The notes under the pieces were generated by a model. The model did no database searches and was not told the DNA's origin. It was given only the letters and a program-made list of their open reading frames with translations. From positions 1 through 50,658 of the forward strand of contig CAVPXM010000070.1 in assembly GCA_963709405.1 (NCBI GenBank): a stretch of DNA of 50,658 nucleotides. The letters run 5' to 3'. The first letter of the stretch is position 1. Each line of letters opens with the position of its first letter. Source of the stretch: an uncultured Nitrososphaerales archaeon (GTDB lineage: Archaea; Thermoproteota; Nitrososphaeria; Nitrososphaerales; Nitrososphaeraceae). Positions 11,129-23,638 of this stretch are shown here, one piece after another. The position numbers were made by a program, and so were the translations under genes.

Positions 11129-12568
11129 TTTTCCGAAAGTACATCTTGGATAAATTGGGATTTATAGAGTATGACAGCAGAACATTTTCAGTAATATCCT
11201 TAATTATACTGGCTGCACTCATAGTAGATTACTTTATTAGTAGTTCTATCGATGCATTCAATCCACAGGCATCTTCATCATGGGGAGTATTATTATTTTC
11301 TACTATTGCTATAATATGTATTCTAGGTCAGTATCTCATCTTATTCATAACTAAGAAACGGATGTCTAAATATAACGTTAAAGATTCGCAGATTATCACA
11401 TTACAAAAAGTAATGACGATAGTTCTATATGTTATGACTGCCGTTGTTGCTGTCGTTCTTTTGCAGATCTATATTTTCTCATGGTATTATATACATCTAA
11501 TATCTTTGGTTGTGGTAATTGCTTATGGTTTTACTTCCATAATAATGGGTATTTTGGCGTATAAATTACTCGATTGGGACTTGTCAAAGAGATCCCTTAT
11601 AATCTTGATCTATGGATTAGCTGCAGCTTCATTTACTATTAACGCGGTAGTTTCAGCCATTTTATTTGAACAATTATTAGTAGAAAAGCCGCTAATATTC
11701 ACAACACATTCTGTGGTAGAATTCAATTTTGAATGTGATACAAATCCATTTAAGTGTTTTATAACAAATTTCCAGAGCTATACTATGTATGCATACGTTT
11801 TGGCAATGTGGTGTGGGAGTATAGTTCTTCTACACTACCATATTAAAAGGGTAGGAAAAGTAAAGTTTTGGGTTCTTGTGACCCTCCCTCTTGTTGCTCT
11901 TTATCTTGGTTATGTTTCTGCATACGGTGAGTTATATCAAATGAGCTCTACTGTTAGCAAAGAACAAACTCCTGTGATAAAAATGTCGCTCATTATAGCA
12001 TTCACAATCTCTCTAGGAATACTGAATGGTATTGGCTTTCGATCAGTAGGAATGCTAGCAAAAAGTTCTCATATTATAATGGAGTATATGATATGCGCTC
12101 GCGTACGGTATAGTATTTTATTTTATTGCGGCTAATTCCACGGTCGCTGCTGCAGGATATCCTCCATTTGGGCTTAGCAGTATCTCGTTCGTACCAATGT
12201 CTGCATTCTTGATATTGTTGGGTCTTTATTATTCAGCAATTTCAGTAGCGAATGATTCAGACTTGCGTCGCGAAATAAAGAGATCTGTAATCAAGGAAAC
12301 CAAATTACTAGGAAGCATGGGTGAAGCTCAGATGGAACAAGAATTAGAAAAAAAGGTCATGAAGTTAACCAATGATAAAACAGAGATAATGATTGAACAG
12401 ACTGGAATACAGCCATCTCTCTCAATAGACGAAGCACGAGAGTATTTGTATGAAGTAATGGAGGAGGGTGTCTTTCCTACAAGGGAAATAATCATCAAAA
12501 CACTCGGTTCTATCTTTTATTATGTACTGTATTGTCCTTTCTATGAAGTCTTTTCAATTGAGGAATGA
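11125..12568 (+). pseudogene. Polytopic membrane protein with C-terminal helical tail (Nitrososphaera-type expanded family), frameshifted near 12100
   Basis: About 10 hydrophobic segments; bridging frame VAAAGYPPFGLSSISFVPMSAF joins 11125..12135 to 12197..12568 (LLGSMGEAQMEQE..TGIQPSL). Confidence 0.7.
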
Positions 12569-12810
12569 TACTATATTACTGAACGTAATAAAAGAAAATA
12601 AAATTTGTCACCTTCTTGAAGTATACTGAAATCCATCCAGATTTGCAGGTTTTGTGGAATATTGAACCGAATGGTTATTGTTCATCGCCCATTTTGATGT
12701 ACTCCAATTCTACCTATGGCATGACAGGTATTACATAGGGATATGAAAATCTTAATTCGAATTTGCGAAGATTTGTGTCGTAATATCAAAGACGATCATA
12801 ATCAACCAAG

Positions 12811-13494
12811 TTACACCTTGTATCCAATCAACAAGGCCATTTCGAGCCACTTCCAGTAACAATCTACATCTACGAATCCAATCTCTTTAAGCCAACCTAG
12901 CTGCGTCTCCATTGATAATAATTTGTCGGATTTACTCTCAGTCTTTGGGCTATATCCTATGGCATTTAGAAAGCGAATATGCAGTTGCACTGATGGAGAC
13001 GCAACATTCTCTAAATTACAGAAGACTCCTGTTGGAGTAAGTATATCATAAATTTCTTCATAAAGTGAGCGTTTACGTTTATGATCTAGGTGATGAATTG
13101 CAAAGCTTGAGACCACTGCATCAAAATAGCCCAGGTCTGGCAGTGGCAGACTCAAATCATGATTAAGTATTTTAACCCGAGGATCGTTGGCAAAGTATCC
13201 TTTTGCTGATTTAAGCATAGTAGGAGAGGTATCAATTGCTACAGCCTCTACGTTAGGTCTATCTATTTTTAGAAGTTTAATCAAGCGTCCATCTCCAGTA
13301 CCGAGATCGAGTATTCTGGTTACGTCTTTGGTAACGTGATCAAGTAGAACAGCTTCTCCCTCTTTACGGTGAGGTAGACTATCAGCTACATTCAGATATG
13401 CCAATGCGTGCTGAGTGGCAGACCATTCATATTTTGCACCGTCATCAGTTTGGCTCAAGCCAATACAACACCGGGCAGTTTTAGTGATGCTCAA
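12811..13494 (-). CDS. Class I SAM-dependent methyltransferase
   Basis: ILDLGTGDG motif I, AIDTSPTML, FDAVVSSFAIHHL, LTPTGVF; true start possibly ~40-60 nt downstream. Confidence 0.9.
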   Translation of the reverse strand: MSITKTARCCIGLSQTDDGAKYEWSATQHALAYLNVADSLPHRKEGEAVLLDHVTKDVTRILDLGTGDGRLIKLLKIDRPNVEAVAIDTSPTMLKSAKGYFANDPRVKILNHDLSLPLPDLGYFDAVVSSFAIHHLDHKRKRSLYEEIYDILTPTGVFCNLENVASPSVQLHIRFLNAIGYSPKTESKSDKLLSMETQLGWLKEIGFVDVDCYWKWLEMALLIGYKV

Positions 13495-14299
13495 ATAATA
13501 ATGTATTTTTTTGGGAATTCCTTTTATTATTCTTGCATCCCGTTATACCTGATATATTTCTGGTATAGTAGATATGACTTGACTTTACAAAAAAACTACT
13601 CCCAAATATCTAATGAATTCAACATAGGTATATTGAGCTACAGTTACTGGAGATATCGAACGATTTACACGTAGGCGGGATTTTACTTTAAATTGATAGT
13701 AAATTTCATCATAGGAACGGAAGCGATTCAAGGAATTTCGTACCTCATGAAGAGTCTTTTGAACCAAATTTAAGATATGAATGAAGTGATTTATTTCCAC
13801 TTTCTATCGATTGTATTATGACACATTGTCGGATCAGAAAAATATAGCAGACACCATTCACTTCTTCTAGAGTAAGGCTAAAGAAGGTGTACTGGAAATC
13901 TTGTATGATTAATTCAGTGTAAAATCAATTAATTACTGAAACTTATTGCGTGAATTATCTTTTGTATCTTAAGTCATATGCCTGTCGCGCACTAATGAAT
14001 ATCATTCGATTAAGGAATAGTCAACCATACTCCTTGGTTAACAGGCAAAGAAATTCTTTAGGCAATTTTTTTTAGAATGTACTTAATTCACATTCGATAA
14101 GGTTAGCCCCTCATCGATTAGGTTTGCCTTTACATATGTTAAGTAAACATTAATAGATATTTCGAAATGAATAATAAATTGAAAAGAAGCTTTAAGTAAA
14201 TCAAATGATTATCTAATTATGTTGATAAAACGGCCATTCTATCGTTTGGAGAGTAAAGCAAATTCTAGAACATTTGTAGTACTTCAGCTGCTAAGAAAA

Positions 14300-14566
14300 A
14301 TGAACAGCATTGTATCCAAAGCTTGCACTAGCGATTGTTCTAGCAAAACGGGTAACAATTTTGAAGTGTCGATTAGAGACAGGTTAAAGGATGAAGAGGC
14401 CTGTTCTTGTTGGTGCATTATATTTATAGATGAAACGAATTTAGAAGCTAAAATCGTACATACAGGAAGAGGTAAGTTCAAAATCCTAAATGACGGACTC
14501 GGGGGAAAATATACTAACAGGTTAGTCGATGCATCAGATGTTATTTGTTGTAAGCTAGAGATCTAA
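14300..14566 (+). CDS. Small Cys-rich hypothetical protein
   Basis: MNSIVSKACTSDC..EACSCWC..VDASDVICCK; ATG 14300 preferred. Confidence 0.55.
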   Translation: MNSIVSKACTSDCSSKTGNNFEVSIRDRLKDEEACSCWCIIFIDETNLEAKIVHTGRGKFKILNDGLGGKYTNRLVDASDVICCKLEI

Positions 14567-15204
14567 TTATAAGATCTATTGTGAAAAGAGGTATTTTTCT
14601 TAAAGCCGCTCCTTCCGTTAAAGACACTTGAATTATCTTATCTAGCGTAATAATTCTGAAACGATATTGCCTTATGGATAGGGCCTAAGATGATTGTTTA
14701 GATAAAATGTTAGATACCAGCAATACAGGAAAACGTCTGAAGCTAAATTTTACTAAAAAGGGACAATCTTACCTGGGCACTTTCGACATCGCGCTTCGCT
14801 CGGCTCAACATTCCAAGCTGTAGAGTCAATACTTCCATTATCAAATGATTATTCCGGACCCAAAAGATTGTGTATCATTTTTCATAAATATAAGAAAGAT
14901 AAATATCTACGATTACATTTCAAAGCGTATTACTGGACAGAATGAAATTGAGTAACTGACTTATTTCTCTAAACTTAATTACGTTATGAAACAATCGAAA
15001 ACGAAGGAATCCCTCCTACCAATTCATAATATAGCCCAAAAAAATTACCGTTGAAACTATAGCAAATACATTTCCTTTCGTTTTTGTGTGTACGTCGCTG
15101 TCGCTCATATAGTGATATGGTCTGCGTATCGAATAAGTAGGCATATTTATTATTTCAAAACTATTGACGGCTCCAGAGAACTATAATATCGTTATACAGT
15201 GATG

Positions 15205-15867
15205 CTATACTCGTGGCTTCGTCAAAGCGTGGAATATCGACTGCTTTGTGTCTATTGAACTCAACCAGGATCCTTTCTTGACTATTGGAACGCGGTAGAC
15301 GTCAGCTATCGATGGTATATTTTTGTATATCTTTTCGTATTCATGAATAAAGTTATGTGGTGCTGCCTTCTTTGGCGTTTCTTGTTCATACCAATCAATA
15401 TTCACTACATGTTCATTTGACATACCGACAAGTTTGATCATGACTTCTTCAATTTCTGAAGGCAATATGTGCATAAGGACTTCGGAAGCAATAACCAAAT
15501 CATATCTTTTTTGATTTTGAAAGGACTGTATATCAGAAACCATAAACTCTATTGGATTATGTTCTCTTGTTTCTATTACAGGCCTTACGAATTCTTTAGC
15601 GTTTTCTATTTGATCTGGTGAGAGGTCAATAGCAAGATATTCCAGCACATCTGGAAAATTTGACAGTAGTAATTTCGTGATTCGCCCGAACCCACAGCCT
15701 ATTTCAAGTATAGTTGAAAATGACGAAGATGGAGAAACAATTTTTTTCAGGTAATCTATCACGAACCTTTCTTGCAGCTCATAGTTTTTGTTATATCGGA
15801 AGTTTCCTTTGTACATCTTTCCATGTTCAAACCAATATTCACGGGGGATGTATGAGCCAGATCCCAT
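15205..15867 (-). CDS. Class I SAM-dependent methyltransferase
   Basis: ILEIGCGFGRI, AIDLSPDQI, YDLVIASEVLMHI. Confidence 0.88.
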   Translation of the reverse strand: MGSGSYIPREYWFEHGKMYKGNFRYNKNYELQERFVIDYLKKIVSPSSSFSTILEIGCGFGRITKLLLSNFPDVLEYLAIDLSPDQIENAKEFVRPVIETREHNPIEFMVSDIQSFQNQKRYDLVIASEVLMHILPSEIEEVMIKLVGMSNEHVVNIDWYEQETPKKAAPHNFIHEYEKIYKNIPSIADVYRVPIVKKGSWLSSIDTKQSIFHALTKPRV

Positions 15868-16439
15868 TGGTACATTCAGAAGCTTGCCCTAATTAAGATT
15901 TCATCTGATATCGTTGCCTGGTCTTTATTCATAGAGCAATATCTTTTGATGTCGACTCTGTTGTAGATCGTGACATATATGGTGTATGCCTTTATCAAGT
16001 CATAAAAATGCTAATGAAAGGTTTTTTATGCATCTCTAAAACTAACATTATCGCTAGATAAACCAATGTCCAAATTCTGGTATAGGAAGCATGTTTTTAA
16101 AAGATCTACTATCTCCATTGTGTTATCATCGGTATTAATAAGATTGAATCTCATCTCTACAGCTCGGGCATTATCACCTCAGTTTGGGCTTTAGGAAATA
16201 ACTAATGAAAATCATCACAGGTTTCAGACATATGCTAATAGTGATAACTATCCAAGATCTAATTATGCCAACATATTAGCAGTTAATTATATTAGTAATG
16301 GCAACATCGCCAGGTAATATAATGATAAGATAGGGCGGAAGAACAACTAATACCAGCTAGGATAACATCTACGACTGGCTTTTGTAATGATGTCATCAAT
16401 GTAACTCAAGCCACTAGTAATGTCATTTATTATTATGGA

Positions 16440-16795
16440 GGATCCGGTAAATCCAGCGATTTGCATGTAGTTATCGAAAGAAATCAACCGCCTCTAGTTA
16501 GGGTAGTAGTTTCTGAACAAACCTCGTTAGGCATTTATACAATACCGTTGATTGTAACAATCCGGGAGCCATCAATAGCTTCGCAAACGAAACCTATCTC
16601 TGTTGATTCAAGGGGCGGAACAGTAGATCCGGAGTTTGAGTTATCTAAAAAATATCCGACAGTTGGTTATTTAACTAGGCCGGTAAACTTTACAGTAACA
16701 GTAATTGCACCTATGACTATCAGCGATAAACTTAAGAATTTTTGGGGCGTGTACTGACAGTTAGGACAGGTCATGGCGATCATCGCTGGAGGTCC
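16440..16795 (+). pseudogene. C-terminal fragment of a membrane-anchored, Ig-like surface protein
   Basis: Beta-rich ORF 16461..16757 (LGIYTIPLIVT, VNFTVTVIAP) ends FWGVY* followed in frame by QLGQVMAIIAGG (broken anchor). Confidence 0.5.
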
Positions 16796-17098
16796 AGAAA
16801 AAATATCACGCACTATGCTGGTTGTAATTTCAAAACGTACCACCGCAGTTAAGACGTTAAAGAGTGTGACAAGAACGAGTACTCTGATTACTGCCTAGCA
16901 GACAAAGGTATCACCAGTATTACAGTACTAATTATTACTATTGCCCAGTTCACAAGAAAATTCAGAAATAATGCTAGACCTTAAGGTCTTTTTAAAGACC
17001 AGTTGTCATGTGATTATATTGACTATCGAGTAATTCAAACGTCTTTCTATCCAACTTTGCTGTAACTTTGTTCTATTACTCTAAATACTTCCTTCTGG

Positions 17099-17380
17099 TT
17101 AGATTACATCTCGTTCTTTGCTGAAGCGTCGAATGATCTCTCTGGCTATTTCTTCCTGCTTTATAGCTTCTCCTCTTCGACCAGGCGTCTTCATTTGTTG
17201 CTGGTTGACTCGGATTTTCTCTTCTAACAATTCATCGGGTCCATAATAGCTATTTACTCCAGGCTTTCTCTTTTTTTCTAATTCTTTTGCATATCGATTC
17301 CTAAAAGATTCCTCAGCAACGTTGTCTTCAGGAGATGGATATGGTGTTACTAAAATAACAGGTTCACCGCGCTCTTCCAC
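17099..17380 (-). CDS. Hypothetical charged helical protein
   Basis: 93-aa ORF with protein-like composition; no motif recognised. Confidence 0.55.
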   Translation of the reverse strand: MEERGEPVILVTPYPSPEDNVAEESFRNRYAKELEKKRKPGVNSYYGPDELLEEKIRVNQQQMKTPGRRGEAIKQEEIAREIIRRFSKERDVI

Positions 17381-17726
17381 GCTCTATTATCGTGCAAAGC
17401 ATATAAGAATCTAAGTGTTTAATAAACATCCTATTTCTTTATGGATTGAAAACTAATCCCTATCTTGATGTTACTGAAATCTATCCATCATCGGAATGGT
17501 TTAATTATTCGCTATGATGCATAAAAATAATATCTGAATCCCTGTTTGTTATGAGCATTAAGAAGAATGAGCTCGTCGCCAGTTGCGAAAAGCTTACCTA
17601 ATATGCTTGATGGAAGAATAATGGTTAACTTAAATTTCATCTGAATTCAAAGAGAACAAGTACGCAAAAAATATAGAATACCATCACTTGCTCCCCATTC
17701 ATATATGCCCCAAGTTGACCATATTC

Positions 17727-18232
17727 TCATACTCCCTTGATCCCTTGTGCAACAAGTATTGAATAACAACCAAGCCCACATTGTTCACAAATTGGCTTCA
17801 ATCCTTTGTTATCTGCACTTCCTATACAACATGGCTCGCTTTATCCTTCCCATATGATCTAATGAAAGGATAGCCCACGAAGGACAATCAACTGGTGTAG
17901 TACCGCGTCCCCCCCCCAATTGCCTTTCATTAAGCTTAACTGTTTCTCCGCGTTAATAACAAATGATGGATAATTTTTTCTCAATTCAATAAGCTTATCT
18001 ACGGGACGACCTCATAGTTGGCTCGCCATCCACACACCAATGTAACGACAAATACTTTTTGTTTTTTGAAAGTATTTCTGATTATTTCCTTCCAGTCTTT
18101 TACACTCAAATCTTCCGATTCACTTTTCCTATTCAGCCACCAATAACAGTGACTACAATGTAAGTTACAGACATTATTAACATCTACCGAGCCGTATACA
18201 CTGGTTTTGCCTAGAAATTTTAATAGAACCAT
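17727..18232 (-). pseudogene. Radical SAM protein, internally deleted and frameshifted
   Basis: VNNVCNLHCSHCYW (CxxxCxxC), VTLV-GGEP remnant; C-terminal PCCIGSADNKGLKPICEQCGLGCYS in another frame; only ~500 nt remain. Confidence 0.8.
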
Positions 18233-18588
18233 ATTTTCTGATTATACTATTGTAATAGCATTGTAATAACACACTTAGCTAGGAATGGAATAGTACTAAT
18301 ACAGAACCCATGAATCCTAGTGGCCCCGAGTATAAGGACTATAAAAAGAAATTGGCCCAAATTTAAGGAACAGTCCTTACTGGACTTTTTATTTTCTATA
18401 ATAGACTTTTGTAATCAATATGGCTTCATTTCTTGTCATAAAGATAAGTTCATAAGACACGACGTCTCTACAAAGAGATGGCGAATAAAGCGAGAGTTCA
18501 GATTCCTAAGGTAATGTCATCCATTGTTTTAATACCAAGAAGGTTTGTAACTTCATTAAGAAGCATTAAAGGAGGAATTCAATAAGAC

Positions 18589-18768
18589 ATGGAAAAGATT
18601 TTTACTTCTCTAAGGGCCTATGGCGAGGATAACGATTCCCATAAACGCAAAAACAAATTCTGTATAACTTGTGGCAATTTAGCTACTACTGAGGCGTTAT
18701 TTGATGTTGGCGGAGGCGTTAGTGTAATAGAGAAGTACTGTGATACCTGCGCTAAACAAGTAAAGTAA
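18589..18768 (+). CDS. Zinc-ribbon microprotein, 59 aa, not in ORF track
   Basis: MEKIFTSLRAYGEDNDSHKRKNKFCITCGNLATTEALFDVGGGVSVIEKYCDTCAKQVK*: two CxxC knuckles. Confidence 0.75.
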   Translation: MEKIFTSLRAYGEDNDSHKRKNKFCITCGNLATTEALFDVGGGVSVIEKYCDTCAKQVK

Positions 18769-19297
18769 AGTAAAGCATGGTAACTTTTCCATAAAATACT
18801 TTAAATTATTTATTGAAACCCCGAATACTTGGGGCGGTAAATCTTCGCGACATGGGTTATGTTTTCTCAAGAAGCATATTCACTTATCCATTATTAGTAG
18901 ATGTTGTCTATAGCTAAATTGTAACTAAAACGTTCTATCAACTCATGAGCAGCCTTCTTATTTATTTCCGTTCTTCCCGGTTACGTACTTATCTGATGGA
19001 TATCGTTTAATTCGTTAGTAATAATCTAGAGAAATAGCATAGTCGTAGCAGCAGGTCATCGTCATCCAGTATTATTTTTTTTATTATTATCTATAACTGT
19101 CAGCGATTGTTTTATTGTGTCCGTGCAATTAAGCTAGACTTACTAATGCTATTATAATTGGTGATGATTTTTATCATAGAATCGGCATAAATGCAAGGTG
19201 GATAAATATGAAAAGAAATTAATGCTTTTACAAACCAGACATTTTTAAAAAATGCTCTAATTTTTATTAAGTAGATCTTATTTTCACTACCTTATCC

Positions 19298-19612
19298 TTG
19301 TCTGACCTCAGCCAAAATATCGGCAACTACCTTATTCAACGATTATACGATCATGGTGTTCGTCATATATTTGGTGTGCCGGGAGATTTTGTGCTTGGAT
19401 TTTATCAAGAATTAATCCAGTCAAATAAACTCAAGGTCATTAATACATGTGATGAACAAGGAGCAGCATTTGCAGCAGATGCGTATGCTCGTGTTAGTGG
19501 GTTAGGCGTTGTATGTGTGACATGTTGTGTAGGTGGATTGAAGGTTGTTAACGGTGTGGCTCAGGCATTTGCTGAAAAATCTCCGTTTGTAGTGATATCT
19601 GGTTATTTATGA
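19298..19612 (+). pseudogene. N-terminal fragment of a TPP-dependent alpha-keto acid (pyruvate/indolepyruvate) decarboxylase
   Basis: [49 protein letters not shown]; stops at 104 aa of a normally much longer enzyme. Confidence 0.88.
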
Positions 19613-19896
19613 TGGCTTGTAGTATTATGTATGGTGCAATTCTTATCTATTCTAACCATACTTATTACAAGAATCTATAACTTCAAGCATACATATTCAT
19701 ATAGTTGCAAGGGAAGAAGAGTATCACGATTAAGTCATTTACTCTTAATTCAGCAATGTTATTGTTAGTAATATTAATGAACCATCTTGCAACCGGTAGT
19801 AGCAGTTTAAGGTTAAGCGGCTGGTATTCTAGGTATTGGTATGTACTGTAGCTTATATCTGGTTCTCACGATCAACTAATGATGAAGATATAGTTT

Positions 19897-20857
19897 ATGA
19901 AAAATCCTTTCAAAAAATCACATAATAATAAGACACCTGAAGGGGAACCTCTTGAACATGTAGGATCAGGCTCATGTTCTGGGGTCTAAAAAATTATTAA
20001 TTATTGCAGCAATCGCTACATTTATCGTTATTATTTTAGTGATGTCTGAATCAGTAGTCATCGTGCAGGCAGGACATAGAGGAGTTGTTCTATACGCTGG
20101 TGCAGTCGAAAACAGAGTATTAGGAGAAGGTGTACACTTCATAATACCATTTGCAGAGCAGGTCATACCATTAGAAGTTCGTACATTAAAATTCGGGCTA
20201 ATGCGTCTGCTGCATCAAATGACTTACAACAAGTACAAACTGTGATAGCATTAAATTACCATCTGAATCCTGCTGATGTAAATAAGGTTTACCAACAGTT
20301 GGGCCCAGACTATGCAGATAGAGTAATAGCACCTACAATACAAGAATCAGTTAAAGCAAGTGTAGCAAAATACAATGCTGAAGAGTTAATCACAAAAAGA
20401 GCGATTGTTAAGGATGTTATAGCAAATGCGATAAGAAACTCCTTGTCAGCAAAAGACATGAGTGGTAGAGACAATATTTATTACTGATTTTAGGTTCTCG
20501 CCAGCATTCTCTACCCAGGTTGAAGATAAAGTGGTAGCTTTTCAAAAGTACTTGACAGAACTGAATAATTTGAGAGGAATTCAAGTAGTTGCTAACCAAA
20601 CAGTTGTACAGGCTCAAGCACAGGCAAAGGCTAACATAGCAAAGGCTGGTGGAGAATCACAAGCAATTAAAATTATTACATCACAGTTAAGACAGGACCC
20701 ACAATATCTTCAGTGGCAGGCAATCAATAGGTGGAATGGACAAATGCCGTATTCTTTAGGTGGACAAGGAGGAGGGGCAATCCCATTCTTCCAATTACCA
20801 CAATCCCAGTCGTCATCTTCTACTTCACCGCAACAACAACAAAATCAATCTAAATGA
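19897..20857 (+). pseudogene. SPFH/prohibitin-family membrane protein with three frameshifts
   Basis: TM LLIIAAIATFIVIIL, VQAGHRGVV, EGVHFIIPF, ASNDLQQV, AKYNAEELIT, ITDFRFS, QYLQWQAINRWNGQMP spread over four frame segments. Confidence 0.88.
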
Positions 20858-21254
20858 ATTGATAAAACTAAGCTACTTCCATTATTACCTAATTATAATC
20901 TTCAATCGAGAATCGAACACGTGATAGGACTATATAAGAAAAGGATTTAGAACTATACAGAAGGATAGAGTCGCAGAGATGATGTGGGCTAGAATTCCGA
21001 AGAGAGCTAAAGAATAGCAAGGAAAGTATCTATAGTTTTCAGCTAATAAAATAGCCTATATAGACTAAAGTACTGATGCCTTTCTTAGATAGCTTACTAC
21101 TATCATAAACATTGCAGAAGATTGTGATCCTAACGATCATACTGAAGAATTTTCAGGCATATTACATGAGTTATTAGAATGGTTACCCTTACCAACAATA
21201 AGAACAATAACATAGCTACCATTGATAAACTCCACTTTCCTCATCTACGTTTTC

Positions 21255-21650
21255 CCGTTTTTATATCCAAATTACCTGTTGGCTCATCAGCGATGGCATT
21301 TTTCGGATTATTCATCAGTGCCCTTGCTATAGGTACTATTTGCTGTTGACCGCCACTCAAATTAATTGGTTTGTATCTAGCCTTGTCTAGCATTCATAGG
21401 AAACGCAATAGTTTTAATATGTACCTCTTTTTGTCACTATCAGTCATACCACCAGTAATGCCTAGAAATCCTATGCCTTTTAGTACAGTAATTCCATTAA
21501 TCAATTTATAAGATTGAAAAATAAAGCCAATTGTGTCATTGCTCAAGGCTCAGAGTTGAGACTCATTTAGCTGAAATGATCAAGTCCACTGATGAATACT
21601 TACATGAATTTGGTCTATCTAGAGCTCCTATTATATTAGGTAACGTGCTT
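21255..21650 (-). pseudogene. LolD/MacB-type ABC ATPase relic
   Basis: Minus strand: [51 protein letters not shown], with stops and frameshifts. Confidence 0.85.
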
Positions 21651-21675
21651 GTTAATTGCATTTGGATAAATAGCA

Positions 21676-22683
21676 TCAACTGTTCTGCAAGACATGCTCC
21701 AAAAAAGTATCTAACTCTGCTGTTGCAAGGCAACATACTTTATCGGCCCCACCATAGTATACGAATAACATCCCATCTAATACACATGCTCCTGATGGAA
21801 ATACAACATTATCGACGTCCCCATATTTTTCATATGTCTCTTTCGGTTCTAATATTGGTCTCTTGGTCCTGCCGAGAATTTTGGTAGGTTCATGTAAGTC
21901 TAAAAGAGCAGCTCCAGCTCTGTACACTTTATCCGCGCTAACTCCATGATATATTATCAGCCAGCCTTGTTTAGTTTTGATTGGTGGAGTACCTGCGCCA
22001 ATCTTCAATGCCTCCCAATCTTCTTTAGGTTCAAGGAGAACTACGTATTTATCAAAATTAGTCAATGTGGATGAACTCTCGCCCAGCCAAATGCTAGGCC
22101 TACTAATACCATACGACGATCCTATCCAAGAACTCGGTCTCTGTAACGAGAAATAACAAGAGGCTCCACTTGGTTTCTTTGATGACAAATCTTTTGATAC
22201 CGTAGCCTTCATCTTTTCAGGAAAAATAACGACATCTTTATTATCAGAGCCTTTACTAGTTATAATTCCTAACCGTTTATATTCGTGATAGTCCTGCGTG
22301 GTTGCCAGTGCTGAGCATACAATTGGCCCTTCCCGTGCATGATTGGTTAATACTACGTAAGTAACGTATATCTTAGAGTCTACTAGAGCTAAGCGGGGAT
22401 CTTCTATTCCAAATCTTTCATAATCTTCAGTTGGACTAAACACCATTTCACTGGGTCTAGTAAAAGAGTAGCCGTCTGTACTAGAAGCATATCCTAACCT
22501 TGAGGTATAGTTTTCATATTCTCCAACTGCACGATATAACATGTGCACCTTGTCTCCGTCGTAAAGCGTCGCACAATTGAAAACTGCTCTAGATTCCCAC
22601 CAATTATGTTCGTTAGGAACAAGAATCGGATTCTTATCATATCTTTTTAGAATGTTACTGTAACTATTGTTTTGTTCAATCAA
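21676..22683 (-). CDS. GH130-family glycoside hydrolase/phosphorylase (DUF377)
   Basis: NPILVP..WESRAVFN, MLYRA, GIEDPR, NKDVVIFP, KIGAGTPPIKT..WLIIYHGV, VDNVVFPSG, YYGGAD. Confidence 0.92.
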   Translation of the reverse strand: MIEQNNSYSNILKRYDKNPILVPNEHNWWESRAVFNCATLYDGDKVHMLYRAVGEYENYTSRLGYASSTDGYSFTRPSEMVFSPTEDYERFGIEDPRLALVDSKIYVTYVVLTNHAREGPIVCSALATTQDYHEYKRLGIITSKGSDNKDVVIFPEKMKATVSKDLSSKKPSGASCYFSLQRPSSWIGSSYGISRPSIWLGESSSTLTNFDKYVVLLEPKEDWEALKIGAGTPPIKTKQGWLIIYHGVSADKVYRAGAALLDLHEPTKILGRTKRPILEPKETYEKYGDVDNVVFPSGACVLDGMLFVYYGGADKVCCLATAELDTFLEHVLQNS

Positions 22684-22874
22684 TCTTGTATTGAATCAAC
22701 CTTTTATAATACTATAACAGTTCAAATTATACAATATGCCATTTCAGACAAAATACATTATTCCTCGATAATCCTTATTATTATCTGGGCTAGAATATAA
22801 TTCAAGCTGAAATTTTAACATTAATATCAATTATGCTTAATTTCTTCGGCGCAAACAATTGAGTACCCTATGAG

Positions 22875-23345
22875 CTATCTCATTAATATCACGGGACAAT
22901 TTGCTATTTCTGAGATCCACCTGGAAATGCTTCCTACGCCCTTTCTCTCGTGGAGCTTCTTCAACGATCCACTGCTTCCCATTATTATTTCGTGTACCAT
23001 TTCATTTCTTGCGACATCGGCTATCTCATCAGCAGGGTCTCCTACTCTAACAAGGGATTTTGCAGCTATCCCCATTCGATTCAATTCCTTCAATTTTTCC
23101 TTGATCATTCGTTCTGCTCCCTTTTCCAGTACATCTATATAATGTTTTCTTGCCCTTTCAAAGTCTACGGCATCCGTGATATATTCTCTTATGCCACCGG
23201 GGCAGAGACACGTAATATCCACCACGTATAGCAGAATCAGCTCAGAGTTGGTATTTACGGCAATCTCACTGGCTCTATTTAATGCCTTGATAGAAAGTTC
23301 AGTTGAATCAAAGGGAACTAAAATACGAGAGTTATCCTGAAGCAT
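22875..23345 (-). CDS. Universal stress protein (UspA family)
   Basis: RILVPFDSTELSIKAL, VGDPADEI, IIMGSSG, GVGSIS, CPVILMR. Confidence 0.92.
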   Translation of the reverse strand: MLQDNSRILVPFDSTELSIKALNRASEIAVNTNSELILLYVVDITCLCPGGIREYITDAVDFERARKHYIDVLEKGAERMIKEKLKELNRMGIAAKSLVRVGDPADEIADVARNEMVHEIIMGSSGSLKKLHERKGVGSISRWISEIANCPVILMR

Positions 23346-23638
23346 ATCTGATAGCTATAATGTCTCTTGCAATAGTTAAGTATTATTGTATAGATTCATA
23401 GGTACTAGTCAGGTATAATACATCAATATTATCAGATTAGTCAGTCAGTGCATGTTATAGGTTATGCATCTGAAAGACAAGTCTGTATAACATCGTTTCT
23501 ACACGGCCTGTACAATGGAATATCACGCGCTATATCATCTAATAAAGCAATTTGGCCGAAAACTGAAGTTCCAAATTTAAATATTGTCACAAATGGGATA
23601 AATTAGCAGAAAAACAACTAAATGTTTTTAGATATTAC

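Noticed and set aside
12608-12793. Minus-strand frame containing CNTCH (haem-c-like motif)
   Set aside because: No convincing start, signal peptide or other similarity; likely chance
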